DNA of 64,000 nucleotides from an uncultured delta proteobacterium (GCA_963804955.1 CAWDSQ010000030.1:64001-128000), one strand, 5' to 3'. Shown: positions 1 to 11,719, numbered from the stretch's first letter. Notes: generated from the letters alone by a model not told the origin. Made by a program: numbers and translations.

Positions 1-1189
1 TGAAGCGCGTGCCGCCGCAGGCTGAGCACAGGGTGTAGGCGCGGTATTTTGAAAGCAGCACCCGTATGTGCATTTTATAGGTCCGCGTTTCAAGCCACTT
101 GAAAAAGCCCATGATGCCGTAGAAATCGTCGCTGCCTGTGACAATGGTTGAGCGCTGCTCGTCGGTAAGCTCGCGGTACGGCAGGTCTGCGGGAATGCCC
201 TGCCTGCGGCAGAAGCGCAAAAGATCATGATAGGCCTCGCGGTATGATGGCGTTGACCAGGGCTTGATCGCATCATCCTTGAGGGACAAAGACGTGTCGG
301 GCACCACCGCATCAAGATCAACCTCGATTGTGCGGCCGAATCCCCTGCACAGGTCGCAGGCCCCCAGAGGGCTGTTGAAAGAAAAAAGGCCGGGGGTCGG
401 TATGCGGTAGTGTATGTCGCAGTGGGGGCAGTGAAGGTCGGTGCTGAATTTCAGCGGTAGAGCCTCAGCCTCCGCAAGAAAGACAGAGGCCTGCCCCTTG
501 CCGAATTTCAACGTGGTTTCAAGAGAATCGGCAAGGCGCTTTTTATTGCGCTGTGCAATCGTCACCCTGTCTGCAAGGATATTGACAGTTCCTTCTGCAT
601 GATGCGCCAGCAGTTCAGCCGTTATTTCCTGCGCCGTACCGGCTTCAAAAATCCGGTAAAACCCCTGGGCCCGGAGCCCTGCCTCAACCTCCTGCAGAGG
701 CACAACCGATGCCGGGGGAACCGTAAAGGGAAAGGCGATGGTGCAGCCCAGACCCTCATGGTCTGCCAGAAGCACCCGGCAGATCGACTCTGCTGAGTCT
801 TTTTCAACAACCCGGCCGCAGCCCCGGCAGCACAGGCGCGCAAGCCTGGGAAAAAGCAGCTTCAAATAGTCGGTGATTTCGGTGAGCGTCCCCAGCGTCG
901 AGCGGGAGGTTTTAATAGTGTTGGTCTGGTTGATGGCAATGGCCGGAAGAATGCCCTCGATCGAGTCGACGGCCGGCTTGTCCATGCGGTCCATGAACTG
1001 GCGGGCATAGGCTGAAAAGCTTTCGATATACCGGCGCTGGCCTTCGGCATAGACCGTGTCGAAGGCCAGGCTTGATTTGCCCGAGCCCGACACGCCCGTC
1101 ACGACCGTGATTTTCCCCAGCTCAATATCCAGATCGAGGTTTTTCAGATTGTTCTGGCATGCGCCGCGGATGCTTATTTTATCGCTCAT
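1..1189 (-). CDS. uvrA: Excinuclease ABC subunit A, 5' part (runs off window start)
   Basis: Manual minus-strand translation from ATG 1189: MSDKISIRGACQNNLKNLDLDIELGKITVVTGVSGSGKSSLAFDTVYAEGQRRYIESFSAYARQF (Walker A and UvrA signature). Confidence 0.95.
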   Translation of the reverse strand, partial: MSDKISIRGACQNNLKNLDLDIELGKITVVTGVSGSGKSSLAFDTVYAEGQRRYIESFSAYARQFMDRMDKPAVDSIEGILPAIAINQTNTIKTSRSTLGTLTEITDYLKLLFPRLARLCCRGCGRVVEKDSAESICRVLLADHEGLGCTIAFPFTVPPASVVPLQEVEAGLRAQGFYRIFEAGTAQEITAELLAHHAEGTVNILADRVTIAQRNKKRLADSLETTLKFGKGQASVFLAEAEALPLKFSTDLHCPHCDIHYRIPTPGLFSFNSPLGACDLCRGFGRTIEVDLDAVVPDTSLSLKDDAIKPWSTPSYREAYHDLLRFCRRQGIPADLPYRELTDEQRSTIVTGSDDFYGIMGFFKWLETRTYKMHIRVLLSKYRAYTLCSACGGTRF

Positions 1190-1390
1190 GGATTTTTGTC
1201 ACTCATAGTGTGCCGTGAAATGCCATAAGTAAATTATATAACTATACTTCCCTTGAAGTATCCTTTCAAGTGTTTCTTTACGATATGATTTTCCACCCGG
1301 CCGGAGGTTGGGTGCTTGTTTTGTTGTTGTTATCACCAAAGGGCTGACGGGATGGTGGGTGTACTCTCTGTTTCAGGGTTAACCTTTTAT

Positions 1391-1436
1391 TGTCTTCAGG
1401 AACCATCGCCTGTGGCTGGGGTTCCCGAAAAAGGCA
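1391..1436 (+). repeat. ~47-bp imperfect hairpin motif, copy 1 of 3
   Basis: TGTCTTCAGGAACCATCGCC...CCGAAAAAGGCA resembles the reverse complements of 32902-32949 and 47736-47784. Confidence 0.6.
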
Positions 1437-1625
1437 TCACAAACGCTGCGTATTTGCTTATGCCCTTCATGGCGAAACCAAGCCACCCGCTATGCGGGTG
1501 TTCATTGACATTTCATGGATCAATTTTAAAAGGAGAAAAAGGGGCACTTTATAATACGTGTTTTTTATGATACTAGATAAAGTGATTAATGATACGGTTT
1601 TGCGTGTAATTTGAAAGGATACTCT

Positions 1626-2477
1626 ATGTGCGAATTTTGCTCACAGCATGGCGACGGCAAGGTCTGGTACAAGAATGCGAAAAACTATTCGCAGGATCTG
1701 GCCTCTGATATTCAGCGCCGAAAATATATTGAGCAGTTTCTTGATACGACAATCAAAGAAGGGTTTGCCACGCTCGGCAGGCTCGAAACGCTTTTTCAGC
1801 GTCGGGGCAGGCTTCCTGATGCCATCAAAAAAGGCATGGAAGAGCAGGCAAAGCGCGAGCACTACGGCCAGGTTCTGCCCATTGAGGAAATCCGCGAGCT
1901 GGTGATGAAGGCTGCCACGATTGTGCGCATGCCCTGCGCCTGCCGGTGGACGATCAGCCGCACCGAAGCGCGGTGCTGCTACGGCGTGAGCTTTTCTCCT
2001 GATGCCTGGTATAAAGACCTCGACATGAGCTATTTCGGAAAAGCCTCTGATGAAGGGCTTGAAACCGTTGCGCGGGAAGAAGCGATTGGCCAGATGGAGC
2101 ATCTGGAGGAAAAGGGCGCGGTCCACACCATCTGGACCATGATGACCCCGTTTATCGGGGCCATCTGCAATTGCACCCTGCAGGACTGCATTGCCATGAA
2201 AACGCTTTCCGGCATCAAAGTCGATACGATGGCCCGGGCCGAGTTTGTCGCCGCGGTTGATGAAAAGGCCTGCACCGGGTGCGGGCTGTGCCGTGAAAAG
2301 TGCCAGTTTGACGCAATCACCGATACGCAGGATGCCGGAAACTTTCGTGCAGCCATTGACAGAGAAAAATGTTATGGATGCGGCCTCTGCCGCACTGCCT
2401 GCGCTGCCGAAGCCATAACTCTTAGTGCAGCGATAAGTTTTACGGCGGCATCCGTCAATTTTGAAATACAGGGATAA
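1626..2477 (+). CDS. 4Fe-4S dicluster ferredoxin-domain protein
   Basis: MCEFCSQHG N-terminus, CACR and CNC motifs, two CxxCxxCxxxC motifs (CTGCGLCREKC, CYGCGLCRTAC). Confidence 0.85.
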   Translation: MCEFCSQHGDGKVWYKNAKNYSQDLASDIQRRKYIEQFLDTTIKEGFATLGRLETLFQRRGRLPDAIKKGMEEQAKREHYGQVLPIEEIRELVMKAATIVRMPCACRWTISRTEARCCYGVSFSPDAWYKDLDMSYFGKASDEGLETVAREEAIGQMEHLEEKGAVHTIWTMMTPFIGAICNCTLQDCIAMKTLSGIKVDTMARAEFVAAVDEKACTGCGLCREKCQFDAITDTQDAGNFRAAIDREKCYGCGLCRTACAAEAITLSAAISFTAASVNFEIQG

Positions 2478-2479
2478 TT

Positions 2480-3102
2480 ATGGACGAGAAACGGGGTCTT
2501 AATATGTACCGGGCGGTGTTTGACGCGCTGCCTTCGCTGATCTTTATCGTCGATGACGATGTGAGGATCTATGAATGCAATGCTGCGGCAGAAAATCTGC
2601 TGGGAGCAAAGAGCGCAACTGTTCTGCGAAAACGAGCGGGCCAGGTTCTGCACTGCCTGCACGCCGCGGATGTTCCGGAAGGGTGCGGACGAGCCGAGTT
2701 CTGCCGGGATTGTGTTATCAGAAATGCCGTTGCGGAGGCATTCCGGGGAAACCGCGTTGTGCGGAGCCGCACACGGCTGGAGATCATGAGCAACGGCGCT
2801 GCGATTGAAATATACGCGCTTATAAGCGCTACCCCTTTATTTATCAGGAGAAGGCTCTGGTTTTATTAGTGGTGGAGGACATAAGTGAAATAGCCGAGCT
2901 TCGGCGATTGATTCCCATTTGTTCCGTGTGCAAGAAAGTGCGCGATGATACGGAATCCTGGCAGCGGCTGGAAAGTTATTTTAAGGATCACTGGGATGTT
3001 GACTTTACTCATGGCCTGTGCCCCGACTGCCACAAGGTCGAGCTTACCAAACTGAAAGACCGCAGTAAAGAAAGGTTGAATTCTAAAGAGGATCAGTCGT
3101 AG
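2480..3102 (+). CDS. PAS-domain protein with C-terminal Cys motif tail (frameshift near 2850)
   Basis: ORF 2480-2869 is PAS-like (VFDALPSLIFIVDDDVRIYECN); it continues in ORF 2869-3102 (LIPICSVCKKVRDD...W..LESY...FTHGLCPDC). Confidence 0.75.
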
Positions 3103-3199
3103 CCATGCCATGGTCAGCCGGGCTGAACGAAAACCTTTCACCATAAATTTGTTGGGTTCGCCCTTAGGCATGTTCTTTTTCGCAAGCATCTATTTTTCC

Positions 3200-3256
3200 G
3201 TAAGTTGGGTGGAGGTACGAAACCCAACGGTTTATTCCGGGCTTAACCCAACCTGC
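3200..3256. repeat. REP-like inverted pair (GTAG-family variant)
   Basis: GTAAGTTGGGT...AAACCCAAC ... TTAACCCAACCTGC palindromic arrangement. Confidence 0.5.
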
Positions 3257-3261
3257 AAAAA

Positions 3262-3806
3262 AAAATGATTTTTCGTCGAGCATAGATTTCCTGTGATTGC
3301 TCTTGGTTATACTGTTGTTCCAGCCGTTCCTTGGTGTCTTCATTTGGCAGCCGCAGAACTCTGCGACCACAATTTGTGCTTGTTGTGCACTGTCCCCAAT
3401 TCTTGCAGTCAAAACACAACTGTCTATCCGTTATTTGATAGCGCTTTATGCAGGTTGCCTTCTCTGTTGCCACATGTTTCAGACAGTGGCCCTCCGGGCA
3501 ATAATAGCAATCCTTTTCCCGATCGTAGGTGAAGTGCTGCTTATCAAAGGGGTCCTGTTGCCCGTGTAGCGCCTGGCGTTGCGAGGGAACAATGACTTTT
3601 ATGTTGTCGCCATCAATTTTTTCCAGCTCGCTGGTGTCAGCATATCCCGCATCAGCACAGGCAACCTCACAGGGTTTGGCAAGCACGTCATTAGCCTTTT
3701 GAATTTGCCGGGCAAACTGATTTTGATCAGTTGCATCACTAACGGCTTCGGCATGCACGATAAGACCGTTTTGATCGTCAACAACGCTTTGAACATTATA
3801 ACTGGC
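3262..3806 (-). pseudogene. Internal fragment of an IS1182-family transposase
   Basis: YNVQSVVDDQNGLIVHAEAV...ADAGY...FTYDREKDCYYCPEG...CFDCKNWGQCT; both ends missing. Confidence 0.8.
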
Positions 3807-4021
3807 TTTTTACATGCAGAAAGGCAGTTCATGTTTCAGACAGATAGATGCCTTTCCTGCAGTACCCCGGTACAACAAGAGTGCACTGTTAATTTGTCAG
3901 GGAGAAGCAGCTCTGTTTAATCCCCCTTCGAAAAGGGAGATGCAGGGAAATTTTTTGCAGCCTGACACCCCCTAACCACCTTTGCTACAGGGTTTTTTGT
4001 CCCGTCTTCTACGGAATCTAC

Positions 4022-4780
4022 TTAGCGGCAGGATGCCCGATGTCCGGCGATGGCCCGGACAAGGATGTCCGTTCCAGCCCATGCCTGCACCAGAGCCATA
4101 TCGATAAATGTCTCAGCCCAGGCCGCATGGTTTTTTTCATGGGTTTGCGCAAAAATACCTTCATAGGCATTTCTGCCCAGTATTCCGGTGTCATAGGGGT
4201 TGCCTGCTGTCTGGCTTGCATGCTGCCGTATGGCTTTTCTTTTAGCGAGCACGGCCCGGGAAATATCCACAACCCTTGTGCCTGGCAGGCCGTAGATGCC
4301 GCCCCAAACCGAATAGCCCCAGGCTCGCGGGGCAAGGGAGGCCTGATTTTTGAGAGCCTGCAGCGTGATCCGGGTAACCCGGCGGTGGGTCGGGTGGCGC
4401 TCAAAAGGCGACGGCATATATATTTCAACGGGATTCAGCAGGCTAATAATTCTGCGGAGCTGCCGGGCAACCTTTGCCGCACCGCAGCCTGCAAGTCCGC
4501 TGCTCGCATGGCTGAGAAAAAAAGCGCCGGTGGCCCTGACAATTTTCAAGGCCGCAAGCGCCTCTCTGCGGCGCACGGAAGCCGAACCGCCGTGGGTAAC
4601 ATAGACGGTAAAAACTTTTTTGCCTTCATCTGCAAGCAGCCGCATGGTTCCACCCATGCCGATAACTTCGTCGTCCGGATGTGGAGCAATGACCAGTATG
4701 GTCTGCGCTGCTCCCGCATGCTGCCGAAGATCGTACCCTTGTCTGATTGAAACAAAATCAAACGGCAGTTCCTTTTTCAT
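4022..4780 (-). CDS. PIG-L/LmbE family deacetylase
   Basis: APHPDDE, RRREA, HPTH and HASQ motifs. Confidence 0.9.
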   Translation of the reverse strand: MKKELPFDFVSIRQGYDLRQHAGAAQTILVIAPHPDDEVIGMGGTMRLLADEGKKVFTVYVTHGGSASVRRREALAALKIVRATGAFFLSHASSGLAGCGAAKVARQLRRIISLLNPVEIYMPSPFERHPTHRRVTRITLQALKNQASLAPRAWGYSVWGGIYGLPGTRVVDISRAVLAKRKAIRQHASQTAGNPYDTGILGRNAYEGIFAQTHEKNHAAWAETFIDMALVQAWAGTDILVRAIAGHRASCR

Positions 4781-4894
4781 GACGGCCTATCCCTTAAAAT
4801 AATGCATATACGTATGAAGGACAGTATACCCTGCCAGCGGCCGTTTAACAATTTTTGTTTGCTGCGGGGCCGCAGGCATGGTACTTGAAAACAG

Positions 4895-5062
4895 GAGACA
4901 GAATCAAGGAGTCAGCAGGTGCGGAAAGAAGTTCGGAGTCATGAGTTCGGAGTCAGGAAATGCATAATTGAAAAAATGCATGTAGAGGCAGGTTTTAAAC
5001 CTGCCCGGAGTTCGGAGCCCATGCGTCTTCTATTCTGGATTCTGACTACTGAATTCTGACTT
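4895..5062. repeat. Degenerate heptamer inverted repeats with an internal GTAG REP (4982-5005)
   Basis: GAGTCAG/GTTCGGAGTC runs on the left, TTCTGAC/TTCTGGA runs on the right; GTAGAGGCAGGTTTTAAACCTGCC hairpin between them. Confidence 0.5.
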
Positions 5063-5135
5063 CTTTTCTAAAGAACCATCAACATACATAAAGACTATTA
5101 GAAACACTTACAGAAACTGGTATAAAACAAAAAAT

Positions 5136-6467
5136 ATGGCCAACCGATTCGTCTTTACCATTACCGAGCTGACCCGTCATATCCGCGAAACCCTTGAAAG
5201 CGCCTACCCTGACGTGTGGGTCGAGGGCGAGATTTCCAACCTCCGGGTTCCGTCTTCTGGCCATTGCTACTTTACACTTAAAGATGAGGGCGCTCAGCTG
5301 CGGGCGGTCATGTTCCGCATGCAGGCGCGGCTGCTGCGCTTCGTGCCTGAGGACGGCCTGAAAGTCATCTGCCGCGGCCGGATCAATGTGTATGAGCAAA
5401 GGGGCGACTACCAGCTTATTGCCGAGATGCTGGAGCCAAAAGGTGTCGGGGACCTGCAGCTTGCCTTTGAGCAGCTGAAGCAGAAGCTTCAGCAGGAGGG
5501 CCTGTTTGATGCCAATCGCAAAAAGCCGCTGCCCTTTCTGCCTGCCCGGGTTGCCGTCATAACCTCTGCCACAGGAGCTGCCGTTCGCGATATCATACGC
5601 GTCATGCATCGACGGTTCCCGAATGTGGCCATTCTTGTCGTGCCCGTGAAGGTGCAGGGCGATGAGGCCCCTCGTGAAATAGCCATGGCGGTAGATACGG
5701 TCAATCAGCACAATCTTGCCGATGTCATTATCGTCGGCCGCGGCGGCGGCTCTCTTGAAGATCTCTGGGCTTTTAATACCGAAACCGTTGCACGGTCGAT
5801 TGCCGCGTCAGCTATTCCCGTTGTGTCTGCCGTAGGCCATGAAATAGACGTGACCATAGCCGATTGTGTTGCAGACCTGCGGGCGCCTACGCCTTCGGCA
5901 GCGGCTGAACTTGTCATGCGGGAGAAGCGCGAGCTCGTTCAGCTGCTGGCGCAGCATGAACTTCGGCTTAAGGAGGGCTGGGGCAAACAGCGCGAGCGAA
6001 TCCGGTCGCGCATTGAACATGCCTGCTCGCGGCTGCGGCATCCGGCGCGGCGTATTGCCGATCTGCAGCTGCGCCTTGATGATCTGCAGGGCCGCATGGC
6101 GACAGCTGTGCCCCGCCTTATAACCCGCCGCCGTTTTGCGATATCCAGCGCCTGCCGGATTATTGCCGCCCAATCGCCGGCCAATCGTATTACAGCAGAC
6201 AGGCTCAGGGCGTCTTTTTTCGAGCAGCGGCTCGCTGCAGGCATGGCTGCTGTGGTGCAGCGCAAAAGCGCAGCCCTGCAGACCCTGGTCGCCCAGCTGA
6301 GCGCTTTCAACCCTGCCGCCATTCTTGCCCGCGGCTACAGCATTACGCGGCTGCTGCCTTCGCTGGGGATTGTACGCGGCTCAGTCGATCTGGCGCCCGG
6401 CGCAGCCGTGCGCCTGACCCTGGGCAAGGGAGTTGTTGACTGCATCGTTGAAAAGATAGTAAAGTAA
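5136..6467 (+). CDS. xseA: Exodeoxyribonuclease VII large subunit
   Basis: VWVEGEISN, SGHCYFTLKD, GRGGGSLEDLWAFN, VGHEID, APTPSAAAE. Confidence 0.97.
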   Translation: MANRFVFTITELTRHIRETLESAYPDVWVEGEISNLRVPSSGHCYFTLKDEGAQLRAVMFRMQARLLRFVPEDGLKVICRGRINVYEQRGDYQLIAEMLEPKGVGDLQLAFEQLKQKLQQEGLFDANRKKPLPFLPARVAVITSATGAAVRDIIRVMHRRFPNVAILVVPVKVQGDEAPREIAMAVDTVNQHNLADVIIVGRGGGSLEDLWAFNTETVARSIAASAIPVVSAVGHEIDVTIADCVADLRAPTPSAAAELVMREKRELVQLLAQHELRLKEGWGKQRERIRSRIEHACSRLRHPARRIADLQLRLDDLQGRMATAVPRLITRRRFAISSACRIIAAQSPANRITADRLRASFFEQRLAAGMAAVVQRKSAALQTLVAQLSAFNPAAILARGYSITRLLPSLGIVRGSVDLAPGAAVRLTLGKGVVDCIVEKIVK

Positions 6468-6494
6468 TACTTCAATCAGGTGTGAGGAAATGGT

Positions 6495-6728
6495 ATGGCC
6501 AGGAAAAGATTTGAAGACACACTGGGTGAGCTTGAAAAAATTGTGCAGCGCCTCGAAGACCCCGACGTGCCCCTTGAAGAGGCTGTTGCCCTGTTTGAGG
6601 ACGGCATCAAGCTCTCGCGCTTCTGCTCTCAGAAGCTCGACGAGGTTGAAAAACGCGTCGATGTCCTTCTGAAGGATGAGCAGGGTAATCTTGTCACCCG
6701 GCCTTTTGACGAGGCGACGGAGCAGTGA
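6495..6728 (+). CDS. xseB: Exodeoxyribonuclease VII small subunit
   Basis: FEDTLGELEKIVQRLE...LEEAVALFEDG; follows xseA. Confidence 0.95.
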   Translation: MARKRFEDTLGELEKIVQRLEDPDVPLEEAVALFEDGIKLSRFCSQKLDEVEKRVDVLLKDEQGNLVTRPFDEATEQ

Positions 6729-7621
6729 GCGCGTGCGACATCAAGACCTATCTTGAGGAGCGCAGGCGTCTTGTTGACGCGGCCCTTGAAAGGCTGCTGC
6801 CGCCTGAAGACGCACTGCCTCCCGCTCTGCACAAGGCCATGCGCTACAGCATTTTTGCCGGCGGCAAGCGCCTGCGGCCCATTCTTGCCATGGCCGCTGC
6901 TGAAGCAGTTGGAGCCAAACCCGCAACAGTGCTTGACGAGGCATGCAGCCTTGAGCTTATACATACCTATACGCTGATTCATGATGATCTGCCCGCCATG
7001 GACAATGATGATTTCCGGCGCGGCAAGCCCACGAGCCATAAGGTGTTCGGAGAGGCTGTGGCTATTCTGGCAGGTGATGCTCTGCAGACCGCGGCCTTCG
7101 AGCTTCTTGCCGCCGCGGGGTCAGGCCGTCATACGGCCGACCGGATTGTTGAGGCCGTGCGGCTGCTCGCCTGCGCCTGCGGCTCTCGCGGCGTCATCGG
7201 CGGCCAGGTTGTCGATATAGAGTCGGAAGGAAAGCCCGTGCTCAGGGAAACGCTTGACTATATTCACCGGCATAAGACCGGCGCACTTATCAAGTCATCG
7301 GTGCTGCTGGGGGCGATTCTCGGCGGCGCTGCCGGTGAACAGCTCAAGGCTTGCGGCCGCTACGGTGAGTCGATCGGCCTTGCATTTCAGATTACCGATG
7401 ATATTCTTGATGTCGTCAGCACGACCGAGCAGCTCGGCAAGACCGTTGGCAAGGATGCCCGCGCCGGAAAGGCCACGTATCCGGGCCTGCTGGGCATGGC
7501 TGAGGCGCGGCGCATGCAGCAGCACTATTATGCCGCCTCGATAGAGGCGCTTGCACCTTTTGACGATACGGCCGAACCTCTGCGGCAGCTGGCGCGCGTC
7601 ATCGTGGAGCGGCAGAACTGA
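6725..7621 (+). CDS. ispA: Polyprenyl (farnesyl) diphosphate synthase
   Basis: [36 protein letters not shown]; xseB-ispA-dxs synteny. Confidence 0.93.
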   Translation: MSACDIKTYLEERRRLVDAALERLLPPEDALPPALHKAMRYSIFAGGKRLRPILAMAAAEAVGAKPATVLDEACSLELIHTYTLIHDDLPAMDNDDFRRGKPTSHKVFGEAVAILAGDALQTAAFELLAAAGSGRHTADRIVEAVRLLACACGSRGVIGGQVVDIESEGKPVLRETLDYIHRHKTGALIKSSVLLGAILGGAAGEQLKACGRYGESIGLAFQITDDILDVVSTTEQLGKTVGKDARAGKATYPGLLGMAEARRMQQHYYAASIEALAPFDDTAEPLRQLARVIVERQN

Positions 7622-7638
7622 AAACGGAAAAACTGCAT

Positions 7639-9519
7639 ATGGAAAGACTTCTACCAAAGATCAACAGCCCTGAGGACCTGCGCAGGCTGAGCCTCAAGGA
7701 GCTTCCCGGCCTGGCTACAGAAATACGCGAGCTCATTATCGATACCGTTTCAAAAACCGGCGGCCATCTGGCGCCAAGCCTTGGCGTTGTGGAGCTCACC
7801 ATCGCGCTGCATTATGTCTTCAATACGCCCCGCGACAAGATCGTTTGGGATGTCGGGCATCAGGCCTATGCCCACAAGATACTCACCGGCCGCCGCGACG
7901 CTTTTCCGTCGCTGCGGCAGATGGGGGGCCTGTGCGGATTCCCCAAGCGCGAAGAGAGCCCGTATGATGCCTTCAACGTGGGGCACAGCAGCACCTCCAT
8001 CTCGGCAGCCCTCGGGATGGCCGAGTCGTGCAGGCTCAAGGGCGAGGACTGCAAGGCCATAGCCGTCATCGGCGACGGCGCTCTGGCGGCAGGCATGGCC
8101 TTTGAAGCGCTCAACCATGCCGGCCATATCAAGCGCGATCTGATCGTTATCCTGAACGACAACGAAATGTCCATATCTCCCAATGTCGGAGCGCTTTCAT
8201 CATCGCTGTCGCGCATCATTTCGGGCCAGGCGTATAACCGGTTTCGCGATAAGGTTAATGCCATGCTTGAAAAGATCCCGGGTATCGGCGAGTCGGTGAC
8301 GCGCATTGCCCGCCAGTCGGAAGGGTTTTTCAAGAGTATTTTTGTGCCGGGCCAGATTTTTGAGGAGCTGGGCTTTGTCTATATCGGCCCGGTTCTCGGG
8401 CACCGCATCGATCTGCTTGTTGACGATTTGCGCAATATTAAAAATCTTAAGGGCCCGATACTGCTGCATGTGATTACGCGCAAAGGCAAGGGCTACAAGC
8501 CCGCCGAGGACGACCCGACGGCTTTTCACGGCATCGGCGCGTTTGACCGGGAAACCGGCAAGCCGCTGAAGGGCAGCGGGGCGCCGTCCTACACAAAAGT
8601 GTTTGGTGATGCGATAGCCCGCATAGCAGCAGACAATCCGCAGGTCGTGGCAATCACCGCGGGCATGACCAGCGGCACGGGCCTTGAGAAATTTCAGCAG
8701 CAGTTTCCCGACCGCTTTTACGATGTGGGCATAGCCGAGCAGCATGCCATCACGTTCGCCGCCGGCATGGCAGCCCAGGGGCTGCGGCCCGTGGCCGCCA
8801 TCTACTCCACCTTTCTGCAGCGATGCTACGATCAGGTGCTGCACGATGTCTGCATGCAGAAGCTGCCGGTCGTGTTCATGCTCGACCGGGCAGGGGTCGT
8901 AGGCGAAGACGGGCCCACACATCACGGCCTTTTTGATATCTCCTACCTGCGCTTGCTGCCGAACATGGTCTTCATGGCCCCAGCAGATGAGAACGAGCTG
9001 CAGCATATGCTCTATACCGCTTTGGGCCTTGACTGCCCCGTTGCCATACGCTATCCGCGCGGCGCCGGCGCAGGGGTGCCCCTGGACCCCGAGCTGCAGT
9101 GCTTGCCGCTCGGGAAGGCGCAGGTGCTCAAGGACGGCACCGATGCCGCGGTGTTTGCCATCGGCAGCACCGTCCACCCGGCTCTCGAAGCGGCAGGGAT
9201 GCTGCAGCAGGAGGGCATTTCCTGCGCCGTGGTGAATGCCCGCTTCATCAAGCCCCTTGATGTCGACATGCTGCAAACTTTTGCCAAATCCGTTAAGGTG
9301 CTCGTAACAGTCGAGGAGAACGCCCTGCAGGGCGGTTTCGGCTCGGCAGTGCTTGAGGCCCTCCAGGAGCAGGGCTGCGCGGCTCGCGTATGCCGCATCG
9401 GCATTCCCGACCGGTTTGTCGAGCAGGGCTCGCAAAAGCAGCTTCGTGCCAAATACAGCCTCGATGCCCAGGGTATTGCCGCTACGGTGAAAAGAACGCT
9501 TGCAGATGGCCGGCCATAA
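7639..9519 (+). CDS. dxs: 1-deoxy-D-xylulose-5-phosphate synthase
   Basis: [25 protein letters not shown]...NDN TPP motif, [13 protein letters not shown]. Confidence 0.98.
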   Translation: MERLLPKINSPEDLRRLSLKELPGLATEIRELIIDTVSKTGGHLAPSLGVVELTIALHYVFNTPRDKIVWDVGHQAYAHKILTGRRDAFPSLRQMGGLCGFPKREESPYDAFNVGHSSTSISAALGMAESCRLKGEDCKAIAVIGDGALAAGMAFEALNHAGHIKRDLIVILNDNEMSISPNVGALSSSLSRIISGQAYNRFRDKVNAMLEKIPGIGESVTRIARQSEGFFKSIFVPGQIFEELGFVYIGPVLGHRIDLLVDDLRNIKNLKGPILLHVITRKGKGYKPAEDDPTAFHGIGAFDRETGKPLKGSGAPSYTKVFGDAIARIAADNPQVVAITAGMTSGTGLEKFQQQFPDRFYDVGIAEQHAITFAAGMAAQGLRPVAAIYSTFLQRCYDQVLHDVCMQKLPVVFMLDRAGVVGEDGPTHHGLFDISYLRLLPNMVFMAPADENELQHMLYTALGLDCPVAIRYPRGAGAGVPLDPELQCLPLGKAQVLKDGTDAAVFAIGSTVHPALEAAGMLQQEGISCAVVNARFIKPLDVDMLQTFAKSVKVLVTVEENALQGGFGSAVLEALQEQGCAARVCRIGIPDRFVEQGSQKQLRAKYSLDAQGIAATVKRTLADGRP

Positions 9520-10262
9520 AAAAGAGCGCCTTGACAGCCTCGTTCTTGCCCGCGGCCTTGCCGCCGGGCTTGACAGGGCGCGCAGCCTCATCATGGCAGG
9601 CCTGGTGATTGTCGATGATCACCTGGCTGATAAACCCGGCCTCCTTATATCCCCTGATGCCTGTATCCGCCTTCGCGATGAATCATGCCCCTATGTGAGC
9701 CGGGGCGGACTTAAACTGGAAAAACCTCTTGATATCTTTCAGGTGCCTGTAGCGGGAAAGGTGTGCCTTGATGTGGGCGCCTCGACCGGAGGCTTTACCG
9801 ACTGCCTGCTGCAGCACGGCGCTGCCCGGGTGTATGCCGTTGACGTCGGCTATGGCCAGCTTGCCTGGCAGCTCCAGCAGGACAGCCGCGTGGTGCGGTT
9901 TGACCGCACCAATATAACAAAGCTGCAGCCCGCGGATATTGACCCTCCTGGCGATCTGGCCGTCATTGATGCATCGTTTACCTCCCTGCGGCATCTGCTT
10001 CAGCCCGTGCTCAGGCTGCTCGTGCCGGCAGGAGAACTGCTCTGTCTGGTGAAGCCGCAGTTTGAAGCCCGGCGCGGGGCGGCTGCGACAGGGAGGCATT
10101 GTGCGGGATGAAAAGCATTATCAGGAAGCGCTGCGCAGCGTCGCACTGGCCATGCGCAGCGCAGGGCTTTTTGTGAGCGGTATTGTTGAATCTCCCATAA
10201 GCGGAGCAAAGGGTAACCGGGAGTTTTTTATCTATGCACGCAAGCAGGGCATGAAAGCGTGA
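9506..10262 (+). CDS. tlyA: TlyA family rRNA methyltransferase (frameshift near 10075)
   Basis: [28 protein letters not shown]-terminus (GGIVRD...[12 protein letters not shown]) in another frame. Confidence 0.92.
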
Positions 10263-10319
10263 GGCTTTGTCAGAGCATGTAAGAACAATCAACTTAAACA
10301 CTGCGGGTGTTTTTGATTT

Positions 10320-10392
10320 GTCATGCTGAGCGTAGCGAAGATTCCATGCAGTGACAAAAAATTACGAGCCCCTTCACTTCGTTCAGGTCACA
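10320..10392. repeat. Palindromic intergenic repeat (GTCAT-CTGAGCG-AGCGAAG...CTTCACTTCGTTCAG type)
   Basis: Related copies at 16736-16807, 41131-41203 and, more diverged, 37460-37527 and 63054-63140. Confidence 0.65.
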
Positions 10393-10543
10393 ATTTAAAC
10401 TTTCCGTAGAGGCTCTCAGTAAAACATAGGAGAATGATTCTTAGATCGTAGATACTATGAAGGAAAGGATCATTTGACAGGCGTCACGTCTCGGATATGC
10501 TAAAAAAGTCACGTCAATAACTTTCAGCATAAAGGAGACAAAC

Positions 10544-11686
10544 ATGGCGAACAATCAAATGATCCAAACCGAGGCAAAGAATAGCACAGGTAAGCAGGTT
10601 TTGTACATATCCCTTGAACTGTCCAACAAGAAATGGAAACTGACGTTTGGGGACGGGCAACGCAGGAGGGAGCGAACAATAACATCAGCAGATCTTGAAG
10701 AGTTTAAGGAAGAGCTGGTCAAGGCCCGGAAGCATTTTAGACTGGATGAAGATTGCGCCATATACAGCTGTTATGAATCGGGACGAGACGGGTTTTGGAT
10801 ACATCGGTATTTGGAGAGCATAGGGATAAAGAATATCGTGGTGGACTCGGCCAGTATCGAAGTGAACCGGCGGCATCGGCGGGCCAAGACGGACCGGGTA
10901 GATGGGTTAAAGTTGTTAACCATGCTGATACGGCACTTGGGAGGAGAGCAGAAAGTCTGGAGTGTGGTACGGGTTCCGACACAGGAACAGGAAGATGAAC
11001 GGCGACTCAACCGAGAGAGGGATCGGCTGTTAAAGGAACGGGGAGCACATGTAAGCCGGATAAAGTCGCTACTGATATTGTATGGGATACATGCAAAGGT
11101 AGGCAGTAAATTTCTGAAGCTGCTTGAGGAAGTGCGAGCCTGGGATGGCAGCAAACTGCCAGAGTATATCGTGCAGGAGATGAAGCGGGAGTATGAACGG
11201 ATAGGGGTGCTGGACCTGCAGTTGAAGCAGATCAATGAAGAGAAGAAGCGGCAGCTTGCGGCAAGTCCTGAACAAATGCGCAAGGTAAGCAAGCTTGCCC
11301 GGATACGGGCAATTGGGCCGATCAGTTCATGGGATTTGATCTATGAGTTTTTTGGCTGGCGGGAATTCAAGAATGTGAAGCAGGTGGGAGGTGCAGCAGG
11401 TCTTGCGCCAATGCCCTACAGCAGCGGGGATATGCAGATTGAGCAAGGGATAAGCAAAGCGGGCAATCGGCGGATCCGAGCTTTGCTGATAGAGTTAGCC
11501 TGGGGATGGCTGAGATGGCAGCCTGGCAGTAAGCTAAGCACGTGGTTTCATGAGCGCTTTGGAGGGGGCAACAAACGAATGAGGCGAATAGGGATCGTGG
11601 CGCTGGCCAGAAAACTGCTCATAGCGCTGTGGAAGTATGTTGATCACGACATCGTGCCGGAAGGCGCGATACTAAAGATGGCATAA
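10544..11686 (+). CDS. IS110 family DEDD recombinase/transposase
   Basis: CYESGRDGFWIHRYL, AKTDRVD, GLAPMPYSSG (catalytic Ser region), ISKAGN, VALARKL. Confidence 0.95.
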   Translation: MANNQMIQTEAKNSTGKQVLYISLELSNKKWKLTFGDGQRRRERTITSADLEEFKEELVKARKHFRLDEDCAIYSCYESGRDGFWIHRYLESIGIKNIVVDSASIEVNRRHRRAKTDRVDGLKLLTMLIRHLGGEQKVWSVVRVPTQEQEDERRLNRERDRLLKERGAHVSRIKSLLILYGIHAKVGSKFLKLLEEVRAWDGSKLPEYIVQEMKREYERIGVLDLQLKQINEEKKRQLAASPEQMRKVSKLARIRAIGPISSWDLIYEFFGWREFKNVKQVGGAAGLAPMPYSSGDMQIEQGISKAGNRRIRALLIELAWGWLRWQPGSKLSTWFHERFGGGNKRMRRIGIVALARKLLIALWKYVDHDIVPEGAILKMA

Positions 11687-11719
11687 AGGACATACAACAG
11701 GAGGAAAAGGATTTGATAG

